IMG/VR virus record: IMGVR_UViG_3300047509_000106
Span: 3,405-67,404 of that record
Reading direction: 5' to 3' (one strand)
DNA from: a virus
DNA length: 64,000 nt
In this document: piece after piece, positions 29,188 through 37,965 of the stretch
Layout of the letters: every line of letters starts with the position of its first letter
Numbering within the stretch: position 1 is the stretch's first letter
The notes under the pieces: model-generated
Database searches by the model: none
What the model was told of the DNA's origin: nothing
What the model saw: only the letters and a program-made list of their open reading frames with translations
Program-made: the position numbers and the translations under genes

Positions 29188-29816
29188 CGAATCACACGCC
29201 CGAATCGCTCATCGCCTTCAGCAACCGCGTCCGCGATGCCTTTCTCGCCAAGCAAATTCGCTGCCCGGTCCACTTTTGCTCCGACACGCAGGCCGGTCCG
29301 CTCGTTGAAATCTTCAAGCACATCGCGCCAACCGACTGGGTATTCTGTACGTGGAGGAATTCTTTTCATGCCTTGCTTAAGGGCATCCCCAAAGACGAAC
29401 TGTTTCAGATGATCGTTGACGGCCGCTCCATGTTCATCATGTCGAAAGAGCATCGCTTCTTTTGCTCATCAATAGTCGGCGGGATATTGCCGATTGCGCT
29501 AGGTGTGGCGGCGGGGATCAAAAGGAATCGGGAAAACTACTATGGTGATTGGCCAGCGCCGGACAGGGAATGGGGACTGGTCCATGTGTTCGTGGGCGAC
29601 ATGTGCTCCACCACGGGCCTGTTTGCCGAATTCAGCCGATATGCAGAAGGTCACGATCTGCCCGTTAGAATTGTCATTGAGAACAACGATTTGAGTACGA
29701 ACGCACGGACGCGAGACGTATGGGGGCATGGACAATGGCAACCGGATCGGCATCACTACTACACGTACAAGCGGACACACCCGCACGTCGGTCTACTCGA
29801 AAAAGTCAGCTTCTAA
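29184..29816 (+). CDS. TPP-dependent enzyme, short E1-alpha-like subunit
   Basis: PVH, TWRNSFHALLKG, SSIVGG..PIALG.A, VGDM...ENN TPP motif variant. Confidence 0.82.
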   Translation: MTNHTPESLIAFSNRVRDAFLAKQIRCPVHFCSDTQAGPLVEIFKHIAPTDWVFCTWRNSFHALLKGIPKDELFQMIVDGRSMFIMSKEHRFFCSSIVGGILPIALGVAAGIKRNRENYYGDWPAPDREWGLVHVFVGDMCSTTGLFAEFSRYAEGHDLPVRIVIENNDLSTNARTRDVWGHGQWQPDRHHYYTYKRTHPHVGLLEKVSF

Positions 29817-29998
29817 TGGAGAAACCATGTCAGACGCAGTGGCAGTCGGCATCGTCGTTTGTGCTTTGTTTTTGCTTTCTACAATAGCTCGATTTTCAAT
29901 CGAGTACTTGAAAATGAAAGCGGCATACGAAATGGCCGCTAGGAATGGCGGGAGGTATCCAAATCCACCGCCACCGCGTTATTGGTACGATTGACTTT

Positions 29999-30502
29999 AT
30001 GAGACAACTCAATCAGGCGATGCTCATGCTCGCCGCCCAGCCGCGCAGCCTCTTCATCGGGCAAGGCGTAGCTGCCGATGGTGTTGCGACCTACGCCGAC
30101 TTTGAAGGCGTGCCGATGGAACAGCGGATCGAATTTCCAATCGCGGAAGAGTTGAACGTCGGCTACGCGATCGGCCTAGCGATGATGGGATACTTGCCCG
30201 TGGTTTGCATACCGCGAGTAGATTTTCTCTTACGAGCTGCCGACGCCATCATCAATCACTTGGATAAGATCGAGCAAATGAGCGTCGGCCAGTGGAACCC
30301 AAAAGTTATCATCCGAACGCGGGTGGGAAGCAAGACGCCGCTTGATGCCGGACCGCAGCACACGCAACGGCACACCGAGGCGTTCCGGCATATGCTGACC
30401 AATGTAAACGTGTGGGAGATACTTCGACCGTCTGAAATCTTGCCGACCTACGAATGCGTCACGCTCGGCACAAAATCTTCGATCATCGTGGAGGTGCTAT
30501 GA
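29999..30502 (+). CDS. TPP-dependent enzyme, E1-beta/transketolase pyrimidine-binding subunit (no C-terminal domain)
   Basis: FIGQGV, EFPIAEE...G.AIGLAM.G..PV, DFLL.A.D.IINH, GPQH. Confidence 0.82.
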   Translation: MRQLNQAMLMLAAQPRSLFIGQGVAADGVATYADFEGVPMEQRIEFPIAEELNVGYAIGLAMMGYLPVVCIPRVDFLLRAADAIINHLDKIEQMSVGQWNPKVIIRTRVGSKTPLDAGPQHTQRHTEAFRHMLTNVNVWEILRPSEILPTYECVTLGTKSSIIVEVL

Positions 30503-31312
30503 ACATGCATGGAACGGCGCCGTGGTGGGGATGTCTTATCATTGTCGGGTTGTTCCTCGCACTTGCGCAATGTGCAATCGGATATATGCTCTACTCGCGT
30601 GATCCTGTCGGCTTCAAAACACGATTCTGTTTTGTTTGGAGACGGAGAATCGGCCGATTTATGCCGATTTGGAAGTGGATAACCAACGAGCGGTAACTAT
30701 GCTTCTCCTCCTTTTCCACGGCGGTCAAGGCGGCCCACCCCCGCCCGGTCCAACCGACCAGGACAACCGCAACGCCACGGGCAACGATCCGTACAATCAG
30801 TCCACGACCGGCACGCCGCTACGTTCGCAAGGCGTCAGTGGGACGCCGATGCGGAATCAGGGCGTGACGGGGAGGACTCCGAATTGATGAGACACCTAAT
30901 TGTATCGCTGTTTAATGGCGCAATTGCGTTCTGCATCGGTGGTCTGATTATGTCAATTTGCTATGGAGGGACGTTGACTAAACCAGCCGAGCCGGCACCA
31001 TTTTGGACTTTGCTTTTAGTTCTCGGATTTTCACTTCTGATCGTTATTTTGTCGATGGTTTCTTTGCGGAAGACGCCGAAGTTGCCTTACTAAGCCCCGC
31101 CCGAACTAATTTGAGGATGACATGAACAGTGATGTATTTTTGGCGGAAAAACTTTGATTTCAGACATAGCCAAAGAACTAGACAAAATTGGACGCGAGCA
31201 GCGTGAGGAAGATCGCGAACAGCGACAAATTCGACGCGACAGGCCAAGATGTTGCGGTTGTCCAGAGGGATGCTCTGAATGTGATGCCGATATTGTTTAG
31301 ACCAACTAATCC

Positions 31313-31335
31313 CCGCCCCATTTCCACGCCATGCT
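31313..31335 (+). promoter_or_regulatory. Putative late promoter CCGCCCC-N10-CATGCT, 5 nt before ATG 31341
   Basis: Motif copy. Confidence 0.65.
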
Positions 31336-31340
31336 AGGGC

Positions 31341-32354
31341 ATGGCCATTGTTTCCCCCGCCCTAGTCTCATTCGAGACCGGGCAAGATTGCACGGTCACC
31401 GTTACGCTCAGTCCAGCCGAAGATGCGAGCGCCTGGACCGTCTCTGCAATTCTGCGCTCGTATAACGGCGGCCCGATTGTCGCCACGGGCAACGTGAGCG
31501 GCGCTACACTCACGACAACGCCAGTGTGGACGATCACCTGGACTGCGGCGCAGTTGACGCTGGCACCGGGCGGGTACGTGTGGGAGTTCACGCGGACCAA
31601 CGCCGGTTTCGTCTATCCGATTGTCGAACCGAGTGCGTTCATCATTCGCGCGTCGTCCGGCTCGGCCTATCCGATGCTAACGAATCTTTCTGAGTACATC
31701 GTTCATGCCCGGGTGTCCGTAACGCCAACGACGGCCGCGGCGAATCAGATCATCCAATTGCTCTCGTCATCGGAGGAGCAAGTCAAGCAATTCTGCGGGC
31801 GCGACTTCGCCTATCGCGCTCTCGTCACCGAATACTACGACTCGAACGGCCAGCGCCGGTTCCGGCTCAATCGCCGCCCCGTGGTGCCGACCAGCGTTGT
31901 GATCTACGAAGACTACGGCGGCAACTACGGGCAGACGACGAATTCATTCGACCCAACCAACTCCATCCTGACGCTTGGCACCGATTACAGCGTACCGATC
32001 GACAGCAAGTGGGCGGACGGGCTCAGCTACGGCGGCTGGGTGGAGCGGATCAATTCCGTATGGCCGTATGCCCGGCAGCGACCCATTGACTATCTCGGCA
32101 TTCAGCAAGCCACGTCACGCGGCTCGATCAAGGCGACCTACAGCGGCGGCTATCAGCTCATCCCCTATCCGATCAAGGAAGCGATCTGGAATCTGACGAC
32201 ATTGAAAGCGCGTCTGTCGATCTATGGTCAGTTGTTCCAATCGCAGAGCGGCGAAGGCTACAGCTATTCGATGGGACCGTACAAGGGCGGCATTCCTGAA
32301 GAAATCAAAGCAATTCTCAACCTCTACGCCGATGCTGGTTGCTTTGTTGGGTGA
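31341..32354 (+). CDS. Head-tail connector (adaptor) with N-terminal Ig-like domain
   Basis: VKQFCGRDF...TEYYD...LNRRPV, Y.GGY..IP..IKEA, SYS..IP..I..IL..Y. Confidence 0.75.
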   Translation: MAIVSPALVSFETGQDCTVTVTLSPAEDASAWTVSAILRSYNGGPIVATGNVSGATLTTTPVWTITWTAAQLTLAPGGYVWEFTRTNAGFVYPIVEPSAFIIRASSGSAYPMLTNLSEYIVHARVSVTPTTAAANQIIQLLSSSEEQVKQFCGRDFAYRALVTEYYDSNGQRRFRLNRRPVVPTSVVIYEDYGGNYGQTTNSFDPTNSILTLGTDYSVPIDSKWADGLSYGGWVERINSVWPYARQRPIDYLGIQQATSRGSIKATYSGGYQLIPYPIKEAIWNLTTLKARLSIYGQLFQSQSGEGYSYSMGPYKGGIPEEIKAILNLYADAGCFVG

Positions 32355-32692
32355 CGAGCGAGCCACGCTTCTACTGATTCGCTGATCGCGTTGCTTTTGG
32401 CTACGTATTGACGATCACTTTCAAGCATGGCACGAACCGCGTCAGCCTGGCTCAAATAGAATCTGTTATCCGAAAACAGGCTACAGGCTATCTTGACAAA
32501 ATTTGCTCCAATGTCACCGTCCGCAACGTAGCCATCTACCATTGTCACGGCGTATAGCTTATTCTTTACTTCGATAACAACATGTGCGGTGTCTATCTCC
32601 TCGTCCGCACTCCAAATCGAATCGCCGTTATCTGTCTCGCTGTAGACAATCATGCCGGGTCGAACATCGGCGTCTGTCAGCGCTTTGACCAT
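32324..32692 (-). CDS. Hypothetical protein inserted antisense
   Basis: Fills gap between connector genes; GAGGTGG RBS on minus strand. Confidence 0.55.
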   Translation of the reverse strand: MVKALTDADVRPGMIVYSETDNGDSIWSADEEIDTAHVVIEVKNKLYAVTMVDGYVADGDIGANFVKIACSLFSDNRFYLSQADAVRAMLESDRQYVAKSNAISESVEAWLARHPTKQPASA

Positions 32693-32747
32693 CTGCCACC
32701 TCTTGAGATTGGGAATGTGCTTCGACGCTTACTGTAGCAATTCCAAC

Positions 32748-32770
32748 CCGCCCCGCCCGCATCTTACGCT
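32748..32770 (+). promoter_or_regulatory. Putative late promoter CCGCCCC-N10-TACGCT, 6 nt before ATG 32777
   Basis: Motif copy. Confidence 0.65.
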
Positions 32771-32776
32771 CACGTC

Positions 32777-33136
32777 ATGCCAGGTTTTTTCGGCCGTGAG
32801 TCCGTCCAGGCGACGTGTGAAAAACAACGCGCTACTGGCAAGGTGACTACGGGCACGCTCAAGACACGCGGGGCGCTCGACGCGCTGACCGACGTGCCGT
32901 GGGGCAACCTCTACGTCTATCCGCTCCCGCAGATCACAGGCATCGGCGGCGACGGATACCCGAACGTAGCCGGTCGCGCCACGTTGTACCGCATGGGCGA
33001 GACAGTCGCGCCCGTCGCCGATGACAAGCTGGTCGATGGCAGCGGGCGGACGTGGCAGATCATCGGTGTCAATAGTCGCCTGAACGCGGACGAGGCGGAA
33101 GGCTTCGCGGTCTATGACTGCGACTTGACGGATTAG
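32777..33136 (+). CDS. Putative head-closure protein
   Basis: Size, synteny, P...DKL.D..G.TWQI..V pattern. Confidence 0.55.
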   Translation: MPGFFGRESVQATCEKQRATGKVTTGTLKTRGALDALTDVPWGNLYVYPLPQITGIGGDGYPNVAGRATLYRMGETVAPVADDKLVDGSGRTWQIIGVNSRLNADEAEGFAVYDCDLTD

Positions 33137-33141
33137 AGGCG

Positions 33142-33579
33142 ATGCCAAGCTATGCGAAGCCGATTGCCGATGCGGTCGTGAATGTGCTGGCTTCGCTGAC
33201 AGGAGCGCCGGCGACAGTGGTGTCTCGCAAAGATAATTCGATGGAAGGGCGAGACTCCAAGCCAATTGTCATTGTGAGCTGGGGCATAGAGCGGAAGACA
33301 GGCCGGACGACAGGCGGGACAGTCTTCAAGGAATACGAGATCGTTGTTGGCATATTCCGGTCGTGCCAGGCTGACATTGAGAGCAACAAGGACCTGTCGC
33401 CGACTTACATACTCACGGCGAAACAGGCGCTGGACAAAACGAGTTTGGCCGGCGTGCCAGTCGTGTGGGACATCGACCTCGTTGACGATCCCGAATGGGA
33501 GCATCAACCGTTCGGACAGGGCATGGAAGTGAGTCGCTTCGGATTGGTTGTGCGCACGAATGAGCCGCAAAACGGCTAG
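33142..33579 (+). CDS. Putative tail terminator/completion protein
   Basis: Size and synteny. Confidence 0.5.
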   Translation: MPSYAKPIADAVVNVLASLTGAPATVVSRKDNSMEGRDSKPIVIVSWGIERKTGRTTGGTVFKEYEIVVGIFRSCQADIESNKDLSPTYILTAKQALDKTSLAGVPVVWDIDLVDDPEWEHQPFGQGMEVSRFGLVVRTNEPQNG

Positions 33580-33590
33580 GAGCAAGTGAG

Positions 33591-34019
33591 ATGGCAACGA
33601 TTACTCCCGCCGCTGGCAAGGGTTCAGTCGTCAAGTGCAACGCGACGGTGCTGAAGCTGACGACTTGGGATCGAACCCGCGCCGCTGGTAAGTTGCCGTT
33701 CGCAACGACCGGAATGGCGGCGGATGCGGACGGGCAATATGAAACGCCGCACGCTTCAGGCTTGATCGAAACTACGATCCGACTCGAAGGTCCTTACGAC
33801 ACGGCTGCGCCATTCCATAACGCGCCTTACAACATTCGCACCGGCACGATTCAATCGTTTCAATTCGGGCAACTCGCTGCCGGTCCGTTCACGCCCGCCA
33901 GTTATTTTGTCGTTGTGCAATCGACAGATGGAAGTGATGCGTCGGCGTTGGGCAAATGGTCCGCCGAACTTGCGCCGTCAACGGATACCAGTGCCGGCTA
34001 CATGACGAGCGTGACGTAA
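33591..34019 (+). CDS. Putative major tail tube protein
   Basis: 142 aa, precedes chaperone pair and tape measure. Confidence 0.6.
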   Translation: MATITPAAGKGSVVKCNATVLKLTTWDRTRAAGKLPFATTGMAADADGQYETPHASGLIETTIRLEGPYDTAAPFHNAPYNIRTGTIQSFQFGQLAAGPFTPASYFVVVQSTDGSDASALGKWSAELAPSTDTSAGYMTSVT

Positions 34020-34035
34020 TCCAATTGAGGACAAG

Positions 34036-34482
34036 ATGGAATATCCAGTCGAGTGGAAGGGGAAGACCTACCCGCTTTCCGATCTCACCATCGGCAAGAA
34101 AAAGTCGTTCTGCGAATGGCTGATTAAGCATCTTCGCTCTGAAGCCATCGCCGACATGCGCCACGACCGCGACTTGCTCGACACATACCTGGACGGATTG
34201 CGTCGGCGCGTGTGGTGGGTCGAGAAAGAGATGTCGCCGGCCGTCGCCGATGCGCTTCGCTCTCCAGATGGTGGGTTGCAGTATAACCGCATTCTCTTCG
34301 GAGATTGCGTCAAGCCACTCTCGGACGATGAATTGCAGGCGCTTATCGACTCTAAGGATTCCGACGAGACCAGTGACTATTCAGTGGCGCTCCGTGCGAT
34401 CCACGAGGACGCTAACCCAAAAGTATATACGCCGGCAAGTGGTTCGGGGCCGAGCGCGACCACACCGACCGAACCCTCTTGA
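34036..34482 (+). CDS. Tail assembly chaperone (gpG-like)
   Basis: Synteny; slippery C CCA AAA at 34416-34422. Confidence 0.7.
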   Translation: MEYPVEWKGKTYPLSDLTIGKKKSFCEWLIKHLRSEAIADMRHDRDLLDTYLDGLRRRVWWVEKEMSPAVADALRSPDGGLQYNRILFGDCVKPLSDDELQALIDSKDSDETSDYSVALRAIHEDANPKVYTPASGSGPSATTPTEPS

Positions 34483-34730
34483 ACGATCCATTTTGGCTAG
34501 AGCAAGAGCGGATTGACAAACTGACGGACCGCGAGGCTTATGATCTTTACTTCCGCAAGTACGACAAGGAATCGGAAGCGGCGGAGGAGATCGATCGGAT
34601 GAATGCGGAAGGCGAGGCTAAGACCTTAGAGCAACGCAAAGCCGAGTTCATTGAGATGTGCCAATCGTTCGGTCATTCTCTGCAAGCGGCCGAGCAACAG
34701 TGGCAAGAGTGGCTGAAAGAACAAGGGTGA
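34416..34730 (+). CDS. -1 frameshift extension of tail assembly chaperone (gpGT-like)
   Basis: -1 frame open from the slippery site to the stop at 34730. Confidence 0.7.
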   Translation, partial: PKSIYAGKWFGAERDHTDRTLLNDPFWLEQERIDKLTDREAYDLYFRKYDKESEAAEEIDRMNAEGEAKTLEQRKAEFIEMCQSFGHSLQAAEQQWQEWLKEQG

Positions 34731-34731
34731 A

Positions 34732-35703
34732 ATGGCGTTACCGGCTATTATCGCGGCATTCGCTGGGCGCACAGCCGCTGTATCGGCTACTGCTGCTGGC
34801 GGCGAGGCCGCGGCGGGTGCGGCTGCTAGTAGCGCCGCTGCGTCTTCGGCTGGGAACATGGCGAAGGGATTGCAGGCCGCGAATCAGGCAATGGGACAGG
34901 TAACAAACAGTCTCGGTAACGTCACGAGTAAGTTCACGATATTTCAGAATCTCGTTACCGGCTTAGCTGGCGAAGTTGGCGGGGCGCTAGTCAAGAATCT
35001 GACGACCGCTCTCGATATGCTCAAGTCGTTCTCCGATCCAATCGCTCAGCTAGTTGCTCTGCACAATCCCGGCCGGATGCTGTTGTTTCAACGCGCCTTG
35101 ATGGACGCCTACGCGACGATAGGTCGGATGTTGGTGCCCGTGCTCGACGCAGTGACGCGATCATTCCGAAAAGTCGGCGATTTGCTCGCCGGCATGGAAC
35201 CAGTGCTTTCACCGCTCATCGATGCCATCTCTGAATTCATCGACAAGGCAGTTGGAGCCTGGATCGGCTACATGAAAACCAACATGGGCGCGATCGAAAT
35301 GATGATCGACGCGCTTGTTGTCGTGGTCAAGGTAGTCGGCATGGCGGTTGAGGCATTTTTAAAACTCGCCAAAGTAATGACGACATTCGTTCGCTCGATC
35401 GCATCTCTGCTCGGTTATTCTGCGGAAGAATCACGCTTTGATAAATCGCGCACGTCCCGCGGCGCAGCCTCGGTCAATGCCCGCTTCGTCGGCGCGAAAG
35501 AGATCAGCGACGAGGCGATCAAGAATGCGTTGATGCAAGGCGCGGAAGGCGGCAAGAAAAAGAAGCCAGAGGAATTCCTGTCGTCAATCGACAAGACGGC
35601 GAAGAGCATCTTGGAATGGCTGACAAAGAAGAAAGAGCAAGTCGATCAAGGCGCGAGAGTCATCAACCCCGCCTATGGCGCATACCGGACACTCACGGGG
35701 TGA
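34732..35703 (+). CDS. Tape measure protein (short, 323 aa)
   Basis: Ala-rich amphipathic helical protein right after chaperones; L..IDK near C-terminus. Confidence 0.7.
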   Translation: MALPAIIAAFAGRTAAVSATAAGGEAAAGAAASSAAASSAGNMAKGLQAANQAMGQVTNSLGNVTSKFTIFQNLVTGLAGEVGGALVKNLTTALDMLKSFSDPIAQLVALHNPGRMLLFQRALMDAYATIGRMLVPVLDAVTRSFRKVGDLLAGMEPVLSPLIDAISEFIDKAVGAWIGYMKTNMGAIEMMIDALVVVVKVVGMAVEAFLKLAKVMTTFVRSIASLLGYSAEESRFDKSRTSRGAASVNARFVGAKEISDEAIKNALMQGAEGGKKKKPEEFLSSIDKTAKSILEWLTKKKEQVDQGARVINPAYGAYRTLTG

Positions 35704-35706
35704 CGC

Positions 35707-36765
35707 ATGGCAGGTCGTATCACCCCCGAATGGCCACCGGACAACAATCCGTTTGATCCTGCCAATCGGCTTATGTGGGAAGAGTACGTTCAGGACTACG
35801 GTCCGCGACAAGACACAGTAACACACGGCGAATGTCTTTCCACGCTGCGCGGTTATGTACTCAGTCACGATTGGTTGTTGCCGGCCATCGGCTACTGGCT
35901 CGGCTACGCCTGGGTGGATTACTCGGTCACACCGCCCATCATGCGACGAAAGTTACCGGCCGCGCATCCAGAACTCGATCAGACATTTGCACGCCGCGTG
36001 GCGATTAGCGGTTTCAGCTATGACAAGCGCATCGAACCACTCCCGCCGAACGGCGACAATCCGTATCCGCCGAAAGTGCCGTGGGCGCGATATAAGAAGT
36101 ATCTGCTTGAAATCGACTTTCAAATGGTCGATTACAAGGTTCTCCCCGATGGGTACATCATCACCGATCCAATCGTAGGCGACCGCGTTATCACCGACTG
36201 GGATCGGTTTGTATCTATTGAAACGGAAGACGATACGGAAATGGTTGCCGTCGAAGGGGGCACCTATGTCTACCGCGGCGGCGCTGCCGCATCGCAACCG
36301 ATCATTGTTCCCGGCGCTCAACTCAAGAAGTATGTCGAGCGTTCCATTCTGACATTGACGGCGCACCAACTCCCTTATGACCTCGTTTACAATCCTTTCG
36401 ACATTCCGATCAAGTTGATGCAGGCACGCGGGAAGGTAAACTCAACGCTATTTCGTGGCTGCAATTCGCAGACGATGGTTTTGCTTGGATCGAAGCAAAA
36501 GAAATACCCACAACCTGTAGCAACCGCGACATGGACCGTACTCCAGTTCGGTGTGGATATCGAATTCAAGTTTGGATTTCAGGACCCAACGAAGGCGGTA
36601 GCAACCGAGACTCAAGCCGGCTGGAATCTCTGGCCTCTTGTTGGGCAAGCGTGGTCGGATGGATGGTACGGAGCGCAAAGCAACGACGCGGCGGCACTGC
36701 CACTCTATCCGTCCAAAGACATGAACAAATTGCTGACGCACTGGAGCGATACTAACCTTTTCTAA
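35707..36765 (+). CDS. Putative tail tip/hub protein
   Basis: Follows tape measure; HP...A, G.VNS..F.G, GWN pattern. Confidence 0.55.
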   Translation: MAGRITPEWPPDNNPFDPANRLMWEEYVQDYGPRQDTVTHGECLSTLRGYVLSHDWLLPAIGYWLGYAWVDYSVTPPIMRRKLPAAHPELDQTFARRVAISGFSYDKRIEPLPPNGDNPYPPKVPWARYKKYLLEIDFQMVDYKVLPDGYIITDPIVGDRVITDWDRFVSIETEDDTEMVAVEGGTYVYRGGAAASQPIIVPGAQLKKYVERSILTLTAHQLPYDLVYNPFDIPIKLMQARGKVNSTLFRGCNSQTMVLLGSKQKKYPQPVATATWTVLQFGVDIEFKFGFQDPTKAVATETQAGWNLWPLVGQAWSDGWYGAQSNDAAALPLYPSKDMNKLLTHWSDTNLF

Positions 36766-36775
36766 GGAGAATGAC

Positions 36776-37213
36776 ATGGCCGCTTTGACTATCACCGCTT
36801 CCGCAATCTCAAGCAACTCAAGCATCTCCGGCATCCTTCCGTCGATAACGACGGGAACGGCGGGGGCAACGATCACACAGGGGATGTCCGTCTACAAGAA
36901 GTTAGCGGACGGGCTGATCTATCCGACCGATTCCAATTCCAGCGATGCAGAGGCCGCGGCGGTCGGCATCTCACTGTCCAGTGCGCTAACTGGCCAGCCG
37001 ATTGTTTTCCAGAACGCTGGTCCGATTAACTTCGGGGCAATTCTGTTGGCCGGCAAATGGTACGTAGCCGGGGCGACCGTGGCTGGGGATATTAACCCGA
37101 TAGCCGATTTGACCACGGGCTGGCGGTCCACGTTGCTCTTTTACGGCTACTCAACGAGCATCGGTGTTATCCCGACGCAGGGGCCGATTGTGACCGGCAT
37201 CACTTGCGCGTAA
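36776..37213 (+). CDS. Ser/Thr-rich virion accessory protein
   Basis: AGATITQG..VY...A.GI.L..A..GQP pattern. Confidence 0.55.
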   Translation: MAALTITASAISSNSSISGILPSITTGTAGATITQGMSVYKKLADGLIYPTDSNSSDAEAAAVGISLSSALTGQPIVFQNAGPINFGAILLAGKWYVAGATVAGDINPIADLTTGWRSTLLFYGYSTSIGVIPTQGPIVTGITCA

Positions 37214-37727
37214 TTGCTTTGGCCGATTTGATGGCGGTTCCGGGGATGACGTAGGAGGATTCTGCGGGACTGCCAGATTGCGCTTTCTTTTCGGGAGCGA
37301 TTGTCAGCGCCACGGCGTCACCCGGCTTCAATTCCCGGATGACCGCCTTGACATCGGCGCTCATTCCATCGAACAGAAGTTGCCAGCTAATCGTGCTGCG
37401 GTAGTGACAACGAAGTGAACGGTAGTCCGATTCATCGTAGATCATTACCCACTCGGCGAACCCCTTCGACTGCCATTGCTTAGTCAGATCGGTAACGAGC
37501 GCCTTCGCTTTCTCATTCCGCGTCCGCTCCAGTTCAAATTTCTTCAGCCCGTTCGATTCGATTTGCGCCTTGTCGAACAACTCAACTACCTCGTCAGCCT
37601 TCTCCACGAAAGGCAGCTGCTCCTTCGGCATCAACTTCCTCGTGGCTGGCCAATCGGGCTTGGGGAGCACTTGGCCAGATGCGACAAACGTGCAGGCGAG
37701 CACGACTAGGAACGCTTTGGCGGGCAT
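37200..37727 (-). CDS. Secreted moron protein
   Basis: Signal-peptide-like N-terminus; GGAGG RBS; antisense to tail operon. Confidence 0.6.
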   Translation of the reverse strand: MPAKAFLVVLACTFVASGQVLPKPDWPATRKLMPKEQLPFVEKADEVVELFDKAQIESNGLKKFELERTRNEKAKALVTDLTKQWQSKGFAEWVMIYDESDYRSLRCHYRSTISWQLLFDGMSADVKAVIRELKPGDAVALTIAPEKKAQSGSPAESSYVIPGTAIKSAKAITRK

Positions 37728-37965
37728 GATCGGCCTCCGTGGGGTATTTCGCTACCGGGGAGACGTTATCGCCGGAAATGGGACGGTAGGCAAGAGAAAT
37801 CCGTCCCGCCCCGCCCATACCGCAAGCTATCCCTGCTCGGTTACGAGTCCCGAGCGCCATCACTGACCGAAAGGCGGTGACATATCTCTTCGGGCCGGCT
37901 TCTCACAGCGGGAGCCGGCCCGATGTCATTTCCCACCCGCCCCGGTTGTGCGTCACCATTGGCCT

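Noticed and set aside
29184-30502. Pyruvate dehydrogenase as a central-metabolism auxiliary gene
   Set aside because: Both subunits are much shorter than PDH E1, no E2/E3 is present, and the context is sugar/glycosyltransferase genes.
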